Assembly (NCBI GenBank): GCA_010015585.1
Contig: ML975158.1
Strand: one strand, 5' to 3'
Source: Eremomyces bilateralis CBS 781.70
Lineage: Eukaryota
DNA: 64,000 bases
Positions 12,634-22,675 of the stretch are shown here, piece after piece. Within the stretch, counting starts at the first letter, position 1, and each line of letters starts with the position of its first letter. Position numbers and translations under genes: made by a program. Below the pieces are notes generated by a model that had not been told where the DNA came from, made no database searches, and saw nothing but the letters and a program-made list of their open reading frames with translations.

Positions 12634-13436
12634 GGTGAGACGAAAGTCCGAGGGAATGTCGATTGACTCTTCTTGGATTCGAGCACGAGGAGGAAAGGTT
12701 GGAGAATGGTGTCTTCATCGAATGCGTTGTAGGGAGGCAACCCCTCTTGTACTTGGTGCTTTGACTGTGCATAAAGACGGTGAGAAATGGGCATTGCACA
12801 CCTGACCTGAATGCTTCCTCCTGTTTCTCGCGATCTATTGCTTACCTGCTTCGAGCCTCGCCAAAGATGCATCTGGTCTCCCAAAATAGGTAATTGAGGC
12901 ATCAGCTAGCCGAAGCAGGCAAGGGGAAGGTGAGCTACCGACGCCTCCTTCGTATTCTCGCTCGGTCTAGGGGTCTGGAACATGAAACAGATGACAGCCA
13001 TTAGCGACAACGTCGGCGAAGTGGACTTGGAAGACTGCATTGGCTGTGCTTGCACAGGAATGACGCAGACTAAGAAATATTTATGCAGAATCTTGAAAAC
13101 GAACCGTTGGACGAAAGTATTTAACTAAATATAAACAATCTTGGTAAGGGTTGGATGTAATAGCTTCACCGGTCACAGATGCTATCATGGCTAAACCCTG
13201 CTCGCGCTAATGCAGATCATCGCAAGTCTCCCGGTGTGAGTCTGGACTCTGGAGAACTGAGAAGTGCGAACCCGCGATTAGTGGAAGAATATCATTTCCG
13301 TTCTTGGATATGGATATCGTTTCATGTGTTGAAGTTGTGATATCCATTTACCCTTCCATCCCAAGACCTAAAGTGTGCGGTCTCCTCGGTGGATAGAAGC
13401 AAAGATCCAGCCCAAACGGCAATAGTTAGTAGTATA

Positions 13437-13733
13437 CCGCTTCCCTCGGCCGACGTATGAATAAAGACGGTATCTTTCTGCCGCGAAATAAGTATATCGT
13501 TACGCTCTTTATAAGTATTAATAAGTAAGCGACTATAGAAGTATTAGACCGCTAGATCACTCTAAGATTATGTATATGTCCATGGGCGATAGGACGTGTA
13601 GTCTCGGAGCAATTTAGCGTTCGAATACGTCCGTAGTCGCTTACTTATTAATACTTATAGAAAGCGTAACGATATACTTATTTCGCGGCAGAAAGATACC
13701 GTCTTTATCAATACGTCGGCCGAGGGAAAGCGG
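13437..13733. mobile_element. Foldback MITE with about 100-bp inverted arms, flanked by TA (Tc1/mariner-type)
   Basis: TA|CCGCTTCCCTCGGCCGACG...CGTCGGCCGAGGGAAAGCGG|TA. Arms match over about 100 bp with about 5 differences and continue degenerately almost to the centre. Confidence 0.8.
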
Positions 13734-13947
13734 TACACTCCTCCCTAGTCTCGCCCTGGTCAGTCCTTTGCATCTATCTGCCGAGGCGATTCCACAGCGT
13801 GGGCCGGTTGGACCGGTTTCTCCGAACAAAGGCAGGGCCATTCCTCGACATATTCGCGCACGATTGTCGGTGCGAACAGTTGCAGTACCTGGCGTCGGAA
13901 GTGGAGGAGTTACTGCGACTGGGGATTTGGTCGTGGGTCCAGCTCCT

Positions 13948-15225
13948 TCAAGATATGCCAATTTCTGCTTTCGGTCGGCTCTTGTTCAGACCCTCGAGTA
14001 GCACGCATGCCTTGCAGATACTCTGGCTCGACAAGTAGCCGCATCGCTCACACGTCCCCATGACTTGCTGAGTCACCTTCTTCTTCCGCCTCGGCTGGGA
14101 ATCGGAGGCTCTCGACGCCTTGTTCTTGCCATTTGGGAGTTTGAGGCTGTTCATCTCCACCGTCACGCTGGTGATCTCTGTCTCGAGCCCATTCTCCTCC
14201 GCCTTCGCGTTCTCGCGAAGCCTGGCCTCCATTTTCGCCATGGACTCGCTGCTCTTCCCGCCCGCGCTGCCGCAGCCTTGAACCTCGTCTTCTGCGGCGG
14301 TCGCGCTGGCGTTCGTGGCACAGTCGTTTGCGCATGCATCTTCATTTCCGGGGACGAGCCTGGCCATGTCCTCCCCACTCTTAATCACGTCCACGATGGA
14401 ACTAGGTCGAATCCGTTCCAGGTTCTTGATTAGAGCTCGAGCCGATCCGCGGAAAGCTTCCGGTGAGTAAATGCATTCCGTCGAAAAGTAGAGAAGGCTC
14501 TTGTGATGGGCGTAGAGGACGATTTCCTTTTCATAGGCATATTTGAGAGGCTTGCTTCGCTTGATGGTCGTAATCGACGGCAGTCCGCCCTCGGTCGTCG
14601 CGGCCTTCGCTTCAGGTGCTGCCGATGGGGTCGATGTGATGATTGAGGTTGTTCGCGAGAGTCTCGCCAGGTCACCGCGCAGCAGATTCATCATGACCGT
14701 CTCTGCCATATCATCCGCATTATGTCCCGTCACCACATGCTGGACGCCTAACCGCGCCGCTCCTCGATCGAGGGCTTGTCGTCGAAACACGCCGCAGTAT
14801 GTACAGTTCCCTTTCTTTCCCACCTGCTCCACCACCTGATCCATCGTCCATCCGTATAGCTCATCATACCCAAGGATCATCAACGGCATCTCGTAGTCCC
14901 GCGCATTCTGCCGCACCGTGTCCAGTGAGTCATCCCGGTAGCCTTTGATACCCTCATCGATGGATAGTAGGACTAGATCGAGTCCGTAGTCATGTCGGTC
15001 GTTCAGCGTCTTCATGACTGAGGCGAGGACAGTGCTGTCCTTGCCGCCCGACGCACCAATGGCCACCCGCTCGCCACGGCGGAAGAGATTGTTGCTGGTA
15101 ATGGTCTCATGGATCTCATCTTCGAAGGTGATCAGGAAACAGGGCTTGCAGAGCTTTTGGTGGTTCTTTGGCCGGAGGATTACCGCGCGGTTGGCGGTGC
15201 AGAGAGCACATATCGAAGGCGGCAT
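13948..15225 (-). CDS. NCS6: Cytoplasmic tRNA 2-thiolation protein 1 (Ncs6/Ctu1)
   Basis: PP-loop [39 protein letters not shown], terminal Zn fingers CERC..CKAC. Confidence 0.95.
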   Translation of the reverse strand: MPPSICALCTANRAVILRPKNHQKLCKPCFLITFEDEIHETITSNNLFRRGERVAIGASGGKDSTVLASVMKTLNDRHDYGLDLVLLSIDEGIKGYRDDSLDTVRQNARDYEMPLMILGYDELYGWTMDQVVEQVGKKGNCTYCGVFRRQALDRGAARLGVQHVVTGHNADDMAETVMMNLLRGDLARLSRTTSIITSTPSAAPEAKAATTEGGLPSITTIKRSKPLKYAYEKEIVLYAHHKSLLYFSTECIYSPEAFRGSARALIKNLERIRPSSIVDVIKSGEDMARLVPGNEDACANDCATNASATAAEDEVQGCGSAGGKSSESMAKMEARLRENAKAEENGLETEITSVTVEMNSLKLPNGKNKASRASDSQPRRKKKVTQQVMGTCERCGYLSSQSICKACVLLEGLNKSRPKAEIGIS

Positions 15226-15497
15226 TCTGGGCGGTGTGGTTGTAAGATTGAAGATCTGATCGTGACAGAGAAATATATGGAGCAAATCATGCATGAGTCA
15301 GTGGGCCGGATCTCGTATCTTGGAACGACTCATGGGCGATCTGATTTCGTGTGTGCACAGTGCCTGTATTATGGAATTGAATCTAACTGACGCGACTTCG
15401 TAAGTTCGTATTGTATTCCTAAGTAATCAATAGGATAAATCTTGTCCGTGGTGTGTCAGTATAATTCGTTGGCGTTGTACCATACACACAGTAGTTA

Positions 15498-17309
15498 AGT
15501 TCAACCCCCTGTCAAGTAGCCAACCACTCGAGTAGCCAGTATCACCATCTCAACCTCCATCGGTCAGACAGCAATATCTCTACTAAAACATATTATATTT
15601 GGAAATCTATACAGCATGATTCAAAAGATACAGCTTGGAGAGACTCTGATGTAGATTTGGCCTCCGAAATTGGATGTCTTCGTTGGTAATCTTCCTCTAC
15701 CGCTCGTACAGCTTCTTGTGCCAATTTGATCTCCCGAACTTGCGCAAACCTCTGATTAAGATCTATCTGAACTTTCTTTTTACGTTTTGGTGCTGTAGCA
15801 GCATCAAGGCGTGCCTGTAAGCCCGCGATTTTCAGATCTGATGAGGCCTGACGCGCCTGTAGCACTCCGATCGCCTTGGCTGCCTTCTCTATATACGACT
15901 TCGTCGTCTTTGCCACGCGTGTATTCTTGCTAAGAACGCGTAATGCACTCTGTACCTGTTTTGGCTTGTAGGGCGTCGTCTGGAGAACGGAGGGGACTGG
16001 TATGGGGGTGCGTGGAGGCGTGTTTGGTGGTGGAATTGGTGGTGCGGTTACGGTAGGCGGTGACGGTACAACGAAGCGGTTACTGAGGCCCTTTGACCGG
16101 TCAAACGGCACAAGTCCTGCAGCCTTCCACCCAGATCTGATTGTACGGTCGGTTAGGCGTGCCTGACGTGCCTCTGCATAGAGGACAATGAATCTCCGTC
16201 GTTTAATCGGTAGGGCCTCGTCGATATACGCGCTTTGGCGGAGGAGGGTCTTATAAAAGCGTTTTAGAGGCGAAAAACAGGCGAGATCCAGAGGTTGAAG
16301 GATATGGGAGGTATGTGCAGGTAGGAAGACCACGATTACGTTGTTTATCTTGCATTCGTACAAGAAATCGATGGTTGCGTGGCTACCGTGCCCGTCCATT
16401 AGCAGAATCCGGTACTGCCGCTGTGTAGCGGTTTCAGGCAGGAAAACCGTACGGAGCCAAACCAACGCGTGTTGATTTGAAGTCCAGCCGTTCTCTGATA
16501 CCGTATAATGGAAGTCTGGAGGTTGTTCAGGGAACCAAGAAGACTGTAACGTGGCGCCTTTCTGTATAATCGCTGGTCTGATGTACTGGCCGGTCGCGGA
16601 GACAGTTTCAACGATACTAATCCATTCGCGGCCCATAGGACTAGTGATATAGGCCGTTGACTTCTGCGAGTCTGCGATAACCGTAGAATTAGCGCAAATC
16701 CCTAGTCCTATACCAACCTCATCCATATTCCAGGTATCAGAGGGGTGGACATCGTACTGAGTTTGAACTTGGTGAAAATACGTGTAGAACGCGTCGATTG
16801 TATCCTTAGTTGCAGCCTGACGTCGGGCAACATCAAGACTACGCCCGATACAGGTCGCAACGCGTGGATTACGGTGTAGGAAACGCGTTACCCAGTTCTT
16901 CCCGAGGGGCGTTGAGTCTCCTTGGAGGCGTAGAACTCGAGATGCCATTTCGCGAAGCCGTGCGTGAGTAGGGGGGAATCCTTGAGCGTCATTTTCAAGT
17001 ATCCAGTCGACTAAAAAGGATTCTTGGTCCGGTGTAAGGCGTTGGCGAGATTGTTGAGCTACTACGCGTGGTAGGCGGCCTTTTAAGCGGGTTTGAAGGG
17101 TGCGTCGGTTGACCTTGAATAGCGCCGCAGCTTCGTTTTGTGATTTGCATTGACCGGTCTGTAAGGCATCAATAGCCTGTTGGACCGGGTCTTCCGAGTT
17201 TGGTATCATGATATTGTACGGTGGTGGAGATATCGCGGTTAGAGAGATGGTGATAGAGGTGGTGATACTGGCTACTCGAGTGGTTGGCTACTTGACAGGG
17301 GGTTGAACT
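15498..17309 (-). mobile_element. Intact Fot1/pogo-family DNA transposon, 1812 bp
   Basis: Perfect 50-bp TIRs AGTTCAACCCCCTGTCAAGTAGCCAACCACTCGAGTAGCCAGTATCACCA with internal AGTAGCCA direct repeats; TA TSD at 15496-15497 and 17310-17311. Confidence 0.95.
15593..17209 (-). CDS. Fot1/pogo transposase (HTH-psq, CENP-B HTH, DDE_1; DD35D)
   Basis: Uninterrupted 538-aa ORF with WNMDEVG, LLMDGHGSH, LPAHTSHILQPLD; 35 residues lie between the second and third Asp. Confidence 0.95.
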   Translation of the reverse strand: MIPNSEDPVQQAIDALQTGQCKSQNEAAALFKVNRRTLQTRLKGRLPRVVAQQSRQRLTPDQESFLVDWILENDAQGFPPTHARLREMASRVLRLQGDSTPLGKNWVTRFLHRNPRVATCIGRSLDVARRQAATKDTIDAFYTYFHQVQTQYDVHPSDTWNMDEVGIGLGICANSTVIADSQKSTAYITSPMGREWISIVETVSATGQYIRPAIIQKGATLQSSWFPEQPPDFHYTVSENGWTSNQHALVWLRTVFLPETATQRQYRILLMDGHGSHATIDFLYECKINNVIVVFLPAHTSHILQPLDLACFSPLKRFYKTLLRQSAYIDEALPIKRRRFIVLYAEARQARLTDRTIRSGWKAAGLVPFDRSKGLSNRFVVPSPPTVTAPPIPPPNTPPRTPIPVPSVLQTTPYKPKQVQSALRVLSKNTRVAKTTKSYIEKAAKAIGVLQARQASSDLKIAGLQARLDAATAPKRKKKVQIDLNQRFAQVREIKLAQEAVRAVEEDYQRRHPISEAKSTSESLQAVSFESCCIDFQI

Positions 17310-17593
17310 TAATGGAAACCCTTCGCTGCAGGCGTTTGCGCGGATGCCAAGCGCCGTGCTAGCGCCGTGAAATCTAACGGTTCTGTACGGTAAAATATAT
17401 TTATGTCATGTTCGTTGTGTCCCGATCGGGCCTTCGCTAGCCGCCTAGCCGCCGTTCCTGCGGCTACTCCCTCTCGTCCCTCGTGCAAATCCCTGCTGCC
17501 TTGACTTTGCTCCAAACTGTTGCCGCCATCGAAATCCTCACTCCCGTAATGTAATCCGTAAACCGTATTCCGTTGGTTGTTTAGACTTAAACT

Positions 17594-17623
17594 GTGGTTG
17601 GCTAACTAGCGGGGGGTTGAACT
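17594..17623. mobile_element. Orphan terminal inverted repeat of a related Fot1-like element
   Basis: GTGGTTGGCTAACTAGCGGGGGGTTGAACT followed by TA; 25/30 identical to the right end of the adjacent intact element. Confidence 0.75.
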
Positions 17624-18133
17624 TATTCTCTACGCCACTGCAAAGCCTAAACAGATTATGCTTTTCGCTAATGGAGCGGCATTATATTGCCGACCCTGAT
17701 CGTAACACCAAGATGTTGCCATGCAAGACATTACTCGCGCAGAATCAGATATTCGCTGAGCCGATTATATCATCCCTGTCACGGTATGGGTTATCGTGAA
17801 GGAGATTAGTTGATGCCTTGAGATGAGTTGAGATGCTACAGGATCCGGTCTCGCGCAAGTGGCGCGTGTGGTCCTCATTTCGCCGGTGGTCTTCATCCAC
17901 CCACGCATACCGTGATCCTGCCATCTCTCTTTTCCTTCTTTAGCTTTGAAGTTACAACAGAAACCGTTCTACAGTGCCCAACCTGTGAGGTTTATTGGTT
18001 GTTACAATCCCTGCCTGCTGTCTCTTGGGAATATGTACATGCTCGCTTTGTCTGTCTCGACTTTTTAGAGCTTCATTGCAGATGGTCATCTCGATTGCAC
18101 CCAAGACGGCAGGGTTCTGCGATCACCGATGCA

Positions 18134-19542
18134 ATGGAGCAACTTCTTCAGGAAGACCCCGAGAAGCTAGTGGCACTTCTCAAATATGCTGCTACCTTTC
18201 CCGATTTCCCCAAGAACTTCACCGTACCTTCTTTGCTAGATCCCAACTATGTTCCGCCTAACAGATCTCGCCCTCTCGAGGTGCTCTGTTACTGCCTGGC
18301 TGGCATCACCACCGTCGTGGTGTTGCTCCGACTGTGGGTTCGAATGCGGGTGCAAAGAAGGATGTTTGGAATGGATGACTGGCTGATTATTCCGGGACAG
18401 GTACGTGGTTTATATACTGAGCCGGTCCCAATAAAACTAATTAATGCTACTTGTCAACTACATAGATCTTATCTCTGGCAACAATCATAGTTATAATTTT
18501 GCTCAGTAGAGTGGGCGGATCCGGACAGCATATCTACGATGTCTCTTATGACCGGGCTGCAACGTCGCTAGTTGTAGGTAGTACTATGTCACATCCCAAG
18601 AAGACTACACTGACCACGACTCCCTATATTGCAGTTACAATTCATTGGCATAAGCCTGTATTTCGCAGCTATTTGCATCATTCGGCTCTCCATCACGGCA
18701 TTCCTGTACCGCCTGATCAGCCCGGTATTTAAGACCAAGCGAATACTTCTACATTGTACGGTCGTTTTCATTTTCTTGGAGTTTGCCATTACAGGCTTCC
18801 TCCATATTTTCGCATATAAGCCTATCTCTGCTGGCTGGGACATTGACGTTCGACTGGCTGGATTTACGTCTATAAACGTGCCACTTGGGATATTCATCGG
18901 CTCGATTGTGTATCTCATTACGGACGTTTGGCTATTGATTATTCCTATCCACACTGTATGGACTCTCCGACTCTCTATTTGGAGACGCATTGGCATTACC
19001 TGGGTCTTCGCTTTTGGTAGCGTCGCCTGCGTCGGTGCGATTTTAAAGACGATCTATGTCTATCCATTGTTCGACTCCTACGATCCACTATGTAAGTCGG
19101 TCTCAGTCCTGTCATTACTGCCTGATATTGGGTTCATGTGCTCTGCCAATGGTTCGAGTCATCAGAGGACTGACTGTACTGATGATATACAACCGTAAGT
19201 GGGGTTAGACGCTCTAACATCACTATAGGGAATGGCATTGGCTTCCAAATCGGCGCCGTAATCGAACTCGGGTTTGGCGTCATCAGCGCATCTATTCCGG
19301 CCTTAAACCACATCTTAGTTAAAGCTATCCCTATATTACTTGACCCCTGGTTCAGCAGTACACCTATAAACGAAAGGTTCAGCTCCGCTAACCGAACGAC
19401 CAAACCGAAACACCAGACGTTTCAAGAGGATTTTTCACGCAGAATACGCGGACCAAGTGGGCGAGCGGTCGAAGCGTATGATAATATCCCGGGCGGGAGC
19501 GAATTCAACCTTGGGCGGGAAGCCCGAAGGAAGGGAGCCTAG
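18134..19542 (+). CDS. PTH11-like (fungal rhodopsin-domain) integral membrane protein without CFEM (4 exons)
   Basis: VLLRLWVR..FGMDDWLII, GSGQHIYDV, IIRLSITAFLYRL, TDVWLLIIPI..VWTLRL, IELGFGVISASIPAL; canonical introns. Confidence 0.85.
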
Positions 19543-19866
19543 CTGCAATGGATGAAACCCGGTTATGAGGTTTTGGACAAGCAGTCAGAACGTACGAATG
19601 ACATAATTTCTAGCGTTTCGAAGTATCCACTGCTCACAATTAAGTCGCAGGGCTCCCGAAGATTTCATTACGTGCAATGCCAGTAGCCCACATTAGACGT
19701 TCGGATGCCAGCCGCGGTCACGGTTTACCGTTAGACAAGGCTAGTGAGGAGCCTTGACTCCTTAGCAGTACCAATATATTACCAGGAGGCCTTTGCTGAT
19801 TGTTATGAACCAGTCAGGGAACCGTGCTATGCCTGGAGGAACGTTAGTGCCTTGAGGAACTCAAGG

Positions 19867-22448
19867 CAGGGTGGCTATGTAAGCCGGGTCGGCTTGTGTA
19901 AACTGTATTTGGACCCTGAATTAACGGCTTATAATTGACTCGGCCTGCAAGCCGGTACGAGCCAAACAGTCTTCACCTCTAGCCTACCATAACTTCTTGG
20001 TTTCTGATAATCAATTGCTCGCGATCCCATTTCTACTGTGAAAATAGCGGTGGCAAGAGGAAGCGATTCAAACTACACTCAGATAGAATCAAAATAAAAT
20101 AGTTTTCAGTAGAGCTTACCTTTGTAAAGTCCGATCAAGTTACCAATTGATATGGAATCACAATTTTCGCAGGCGACCTCACAGGCTGAAAGTCCTCCAA
20201 AAACCCGTGTTACTGCGCCTACACAGAGAGAACTATACCACTACGGCCTCATCCACCAAGCCCCTCCGTCGCGGAAGCGTCGTACCAGCCCCATATGGGA
20301 CTGGGGGTTCCACGTCTACAGAATCGATGCTCCCCGTACGCCCCTCTAGGCCTGCAAGGTCTGCTGGAGATGGGCGGTATCTATAGATCAGCTAGCGATA
20401 TACAAGGCCCTATCTACGAGCAACTCCCATAGGCACCTCAAAGCTGTACACGGGTTGGTCGAAGGGCCACTAGGGCGTCTTGTATCGCCGGGGGATCGGA
20501 TAGAGAACCCGACAGGACGTCACGAAGGCCCCTTAGATCCAGAGATAGAGCTCGTTCGATGGGTCGTTATGGATACGATATCGTTTCGTCCAGCATCGTC
20601 TGTAGTGCATAACGATTTGATGGCTGCGATTAGTGGTGGAAAACCGACGTTGTGTCTTCGGAACCATTCTTCAATTAGTACGAGGATCGATGATGTATTC
20701 AAAGAATGCCGTCTTCTTGTTTCCCAAAGGATTTTGCAGAGTATAAGCAAGGTCTCTTTGTCGTATGACATCTGGACGTCTACGAACAAGTTACCATTCA
20801 TTGGACTTCTCTGTCATTATATTTCCGATGAGGATGCTATACGACAACGATCAGTCCTCCTAGCTCTACAGGAGATCGGGGACTCCATACGGGCGTCAAT
20901 ATTGGCTCTGTGCTTCATCAGGCTATCCAGGACTATGGTATTACACACAGAATTGGGTATCTTATGCCGGATAACGCAGAAAATAACACCGTTTCGGTCA
21001 AAGAGCTTGGGAGACTTTTGGGCATCTCTTTGGTTGGAAAACGACTTCGTTGTATAGCGCATATCATTAACTTGATATGCCAAGAGCTCGTCAAAGTCTG
21101 TCTACGCGTCGACCCGGAGATTGTAACGGAAAGTGCCGATACTATGCAAAATGGCAGGCTCGATACTTTCGAAGACGATCCTCATGGCCAACCGGCGGAG
21201 CTTGATCTGGGATGTATTACACGACTCAGCGCAATCATTGCTTATATCGAAAAAAGCGCTCAACGCATGCAAGAATTCCAAAACATCCAGGAAGAGATTC
21301 TGGCGTCGGGCCACGCAGATCTTGAACAAAACCAGCCCCTCAGGCTAATCAGCGAGAATACGACGAGAGGGAACTCGAGATATGACTCGATTAAGAGATC
21401 TCTCCTCTTACGTCGCTCAATCGAGCGATATTGTAATCAGGAAACGGACCTTAAGGTCGACGCTCCGACTGAGGTAGAATGGAAGGTCCTGGCGACGATC
21501 CTCAAGATACTCGAGCCGATGAAACCGACCACGATGTCTGTCCAAGGAGATCCTGTTGATGGCGAGAAAGGCGGCCTTTTCCAGTCGTATTTAGCCATCT
21601 GTCTTATTATCCAAAAGCTAGGGCAGGCAACGAAGGATATCACGGAGAGCAACGTATTGCGGATATTGCTCAATCCGTTGGCACGGGCCCAAGCGAAAGC
21701 GATCAAATACAGGGCTAAATTAGAGGAGGCAGACGTATATCGTCTTGCTTTGATTCTTCACCCCAGGTATAAAAGCCGCTTGTTGCGCTGTATCGATACG
21801 AGCTCCCCTTCGGTGGACGATTTATACAGGACCTCTGCACAGAAGTGTCCAAGCGACGGGCAATGGATTCCGTCGCGCAGAATGCTGAATTTGCTAAAGG
21901 CAACCAAACGGACAATACCTTCAGGGAACTCCTGGATAAATATGGCCAGCATGTTTCTCCTCCGGATACTACCGCTGTAGACGAGGTCTCTTGTTACCTC
22001 GCAGACAGTCATAATTATCTCTACAGAGACTCCTCTCGGATGGTGGCACAGCAATCGTATACGCTACCCAGCGCTGTACTCTATCACCCTGGACCTCTTC
22101 GCGACTCCTGCGTCTGCAGCAGGTATTGAGCGAATCTGGTCTATCTGTGGAAGGATCTTCGATGATGAGAGGTCGCGAATGAAGCCTTCTACAATGGAGA
22201 AGTTGGCCTGTTTGCGCGATTGGTTCGCGAATGAGATAATCTCAAGGAAAGATCTGGAGGATATGATGGACAAGAGAAGACGTAGTTGATTGAAGATGTA
22301 CCTATTTTGTTGACTTGACCAATGCGATGAACTTTACTATGCGATTTTGTATGAAGAGATGCAAGGTGGAAACGAGCCAGGCCAAATCACTCAAAAGTGG
22401 AGACAACGCTGGAATGGCTTGTAATTATTTGCCTAAATAGCCACCCTG
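19867..22448 (+). mobile_element. Decayed hAT-family transposon, about 2.6 kb
   Basis: TIRs CAGGGTGGCTATGTAAGC and reverse complement CAGGGTGGCTATTTAGGC (16/18 match) enclose a fragmented transposase; TSD only degenerate. Confidence 0.85.
20152..22289 (+). pseudogene. hAT transposase pseudogene
   Basis: BED finger SPIW..(TAG)ACKVC..STSNSHRHLKAVH, SLSYDIWTS, DNAENN, RCIAHIINL, TRGNS, dimerisation motif YPAL..LDLFATPASAAGIERIWS; in-frame stop and several frameshifts. Confidence 0.88.
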
Positions 22449-22503
22449 AATTCATGACATGAGCGTAGCTGAGCAAGTACTACAAATTAATAACTACGAG
22501 AAT

Positions 22504-22510
22504 TGAGTCA
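22504..22510. promoter_or_regulatory. Gcn4/CpcA (and Bas1-type) site TGAGTCA upstream of ADE6
   Basis: Exact TGASTCA about 170 bp upstream of the ADE6 ATG; purine genes are established Gcn4/Bas1 targets in yeast. Confidence 0.45.
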
Positions 22511-22675
22511 CCCACCGGCACGCTGGACTCACCGATATTGCCATAGACTTTTGGAGATATCTCCATCTCACATGGGATTCATACGATAGATCCAACGCTG
22601 TAGATTCCATCTACGAGGTTCTTGTTTCACAGGAATTGTCGCATTTCCCCCAATTGCCCCGCCAACATCGGAATC

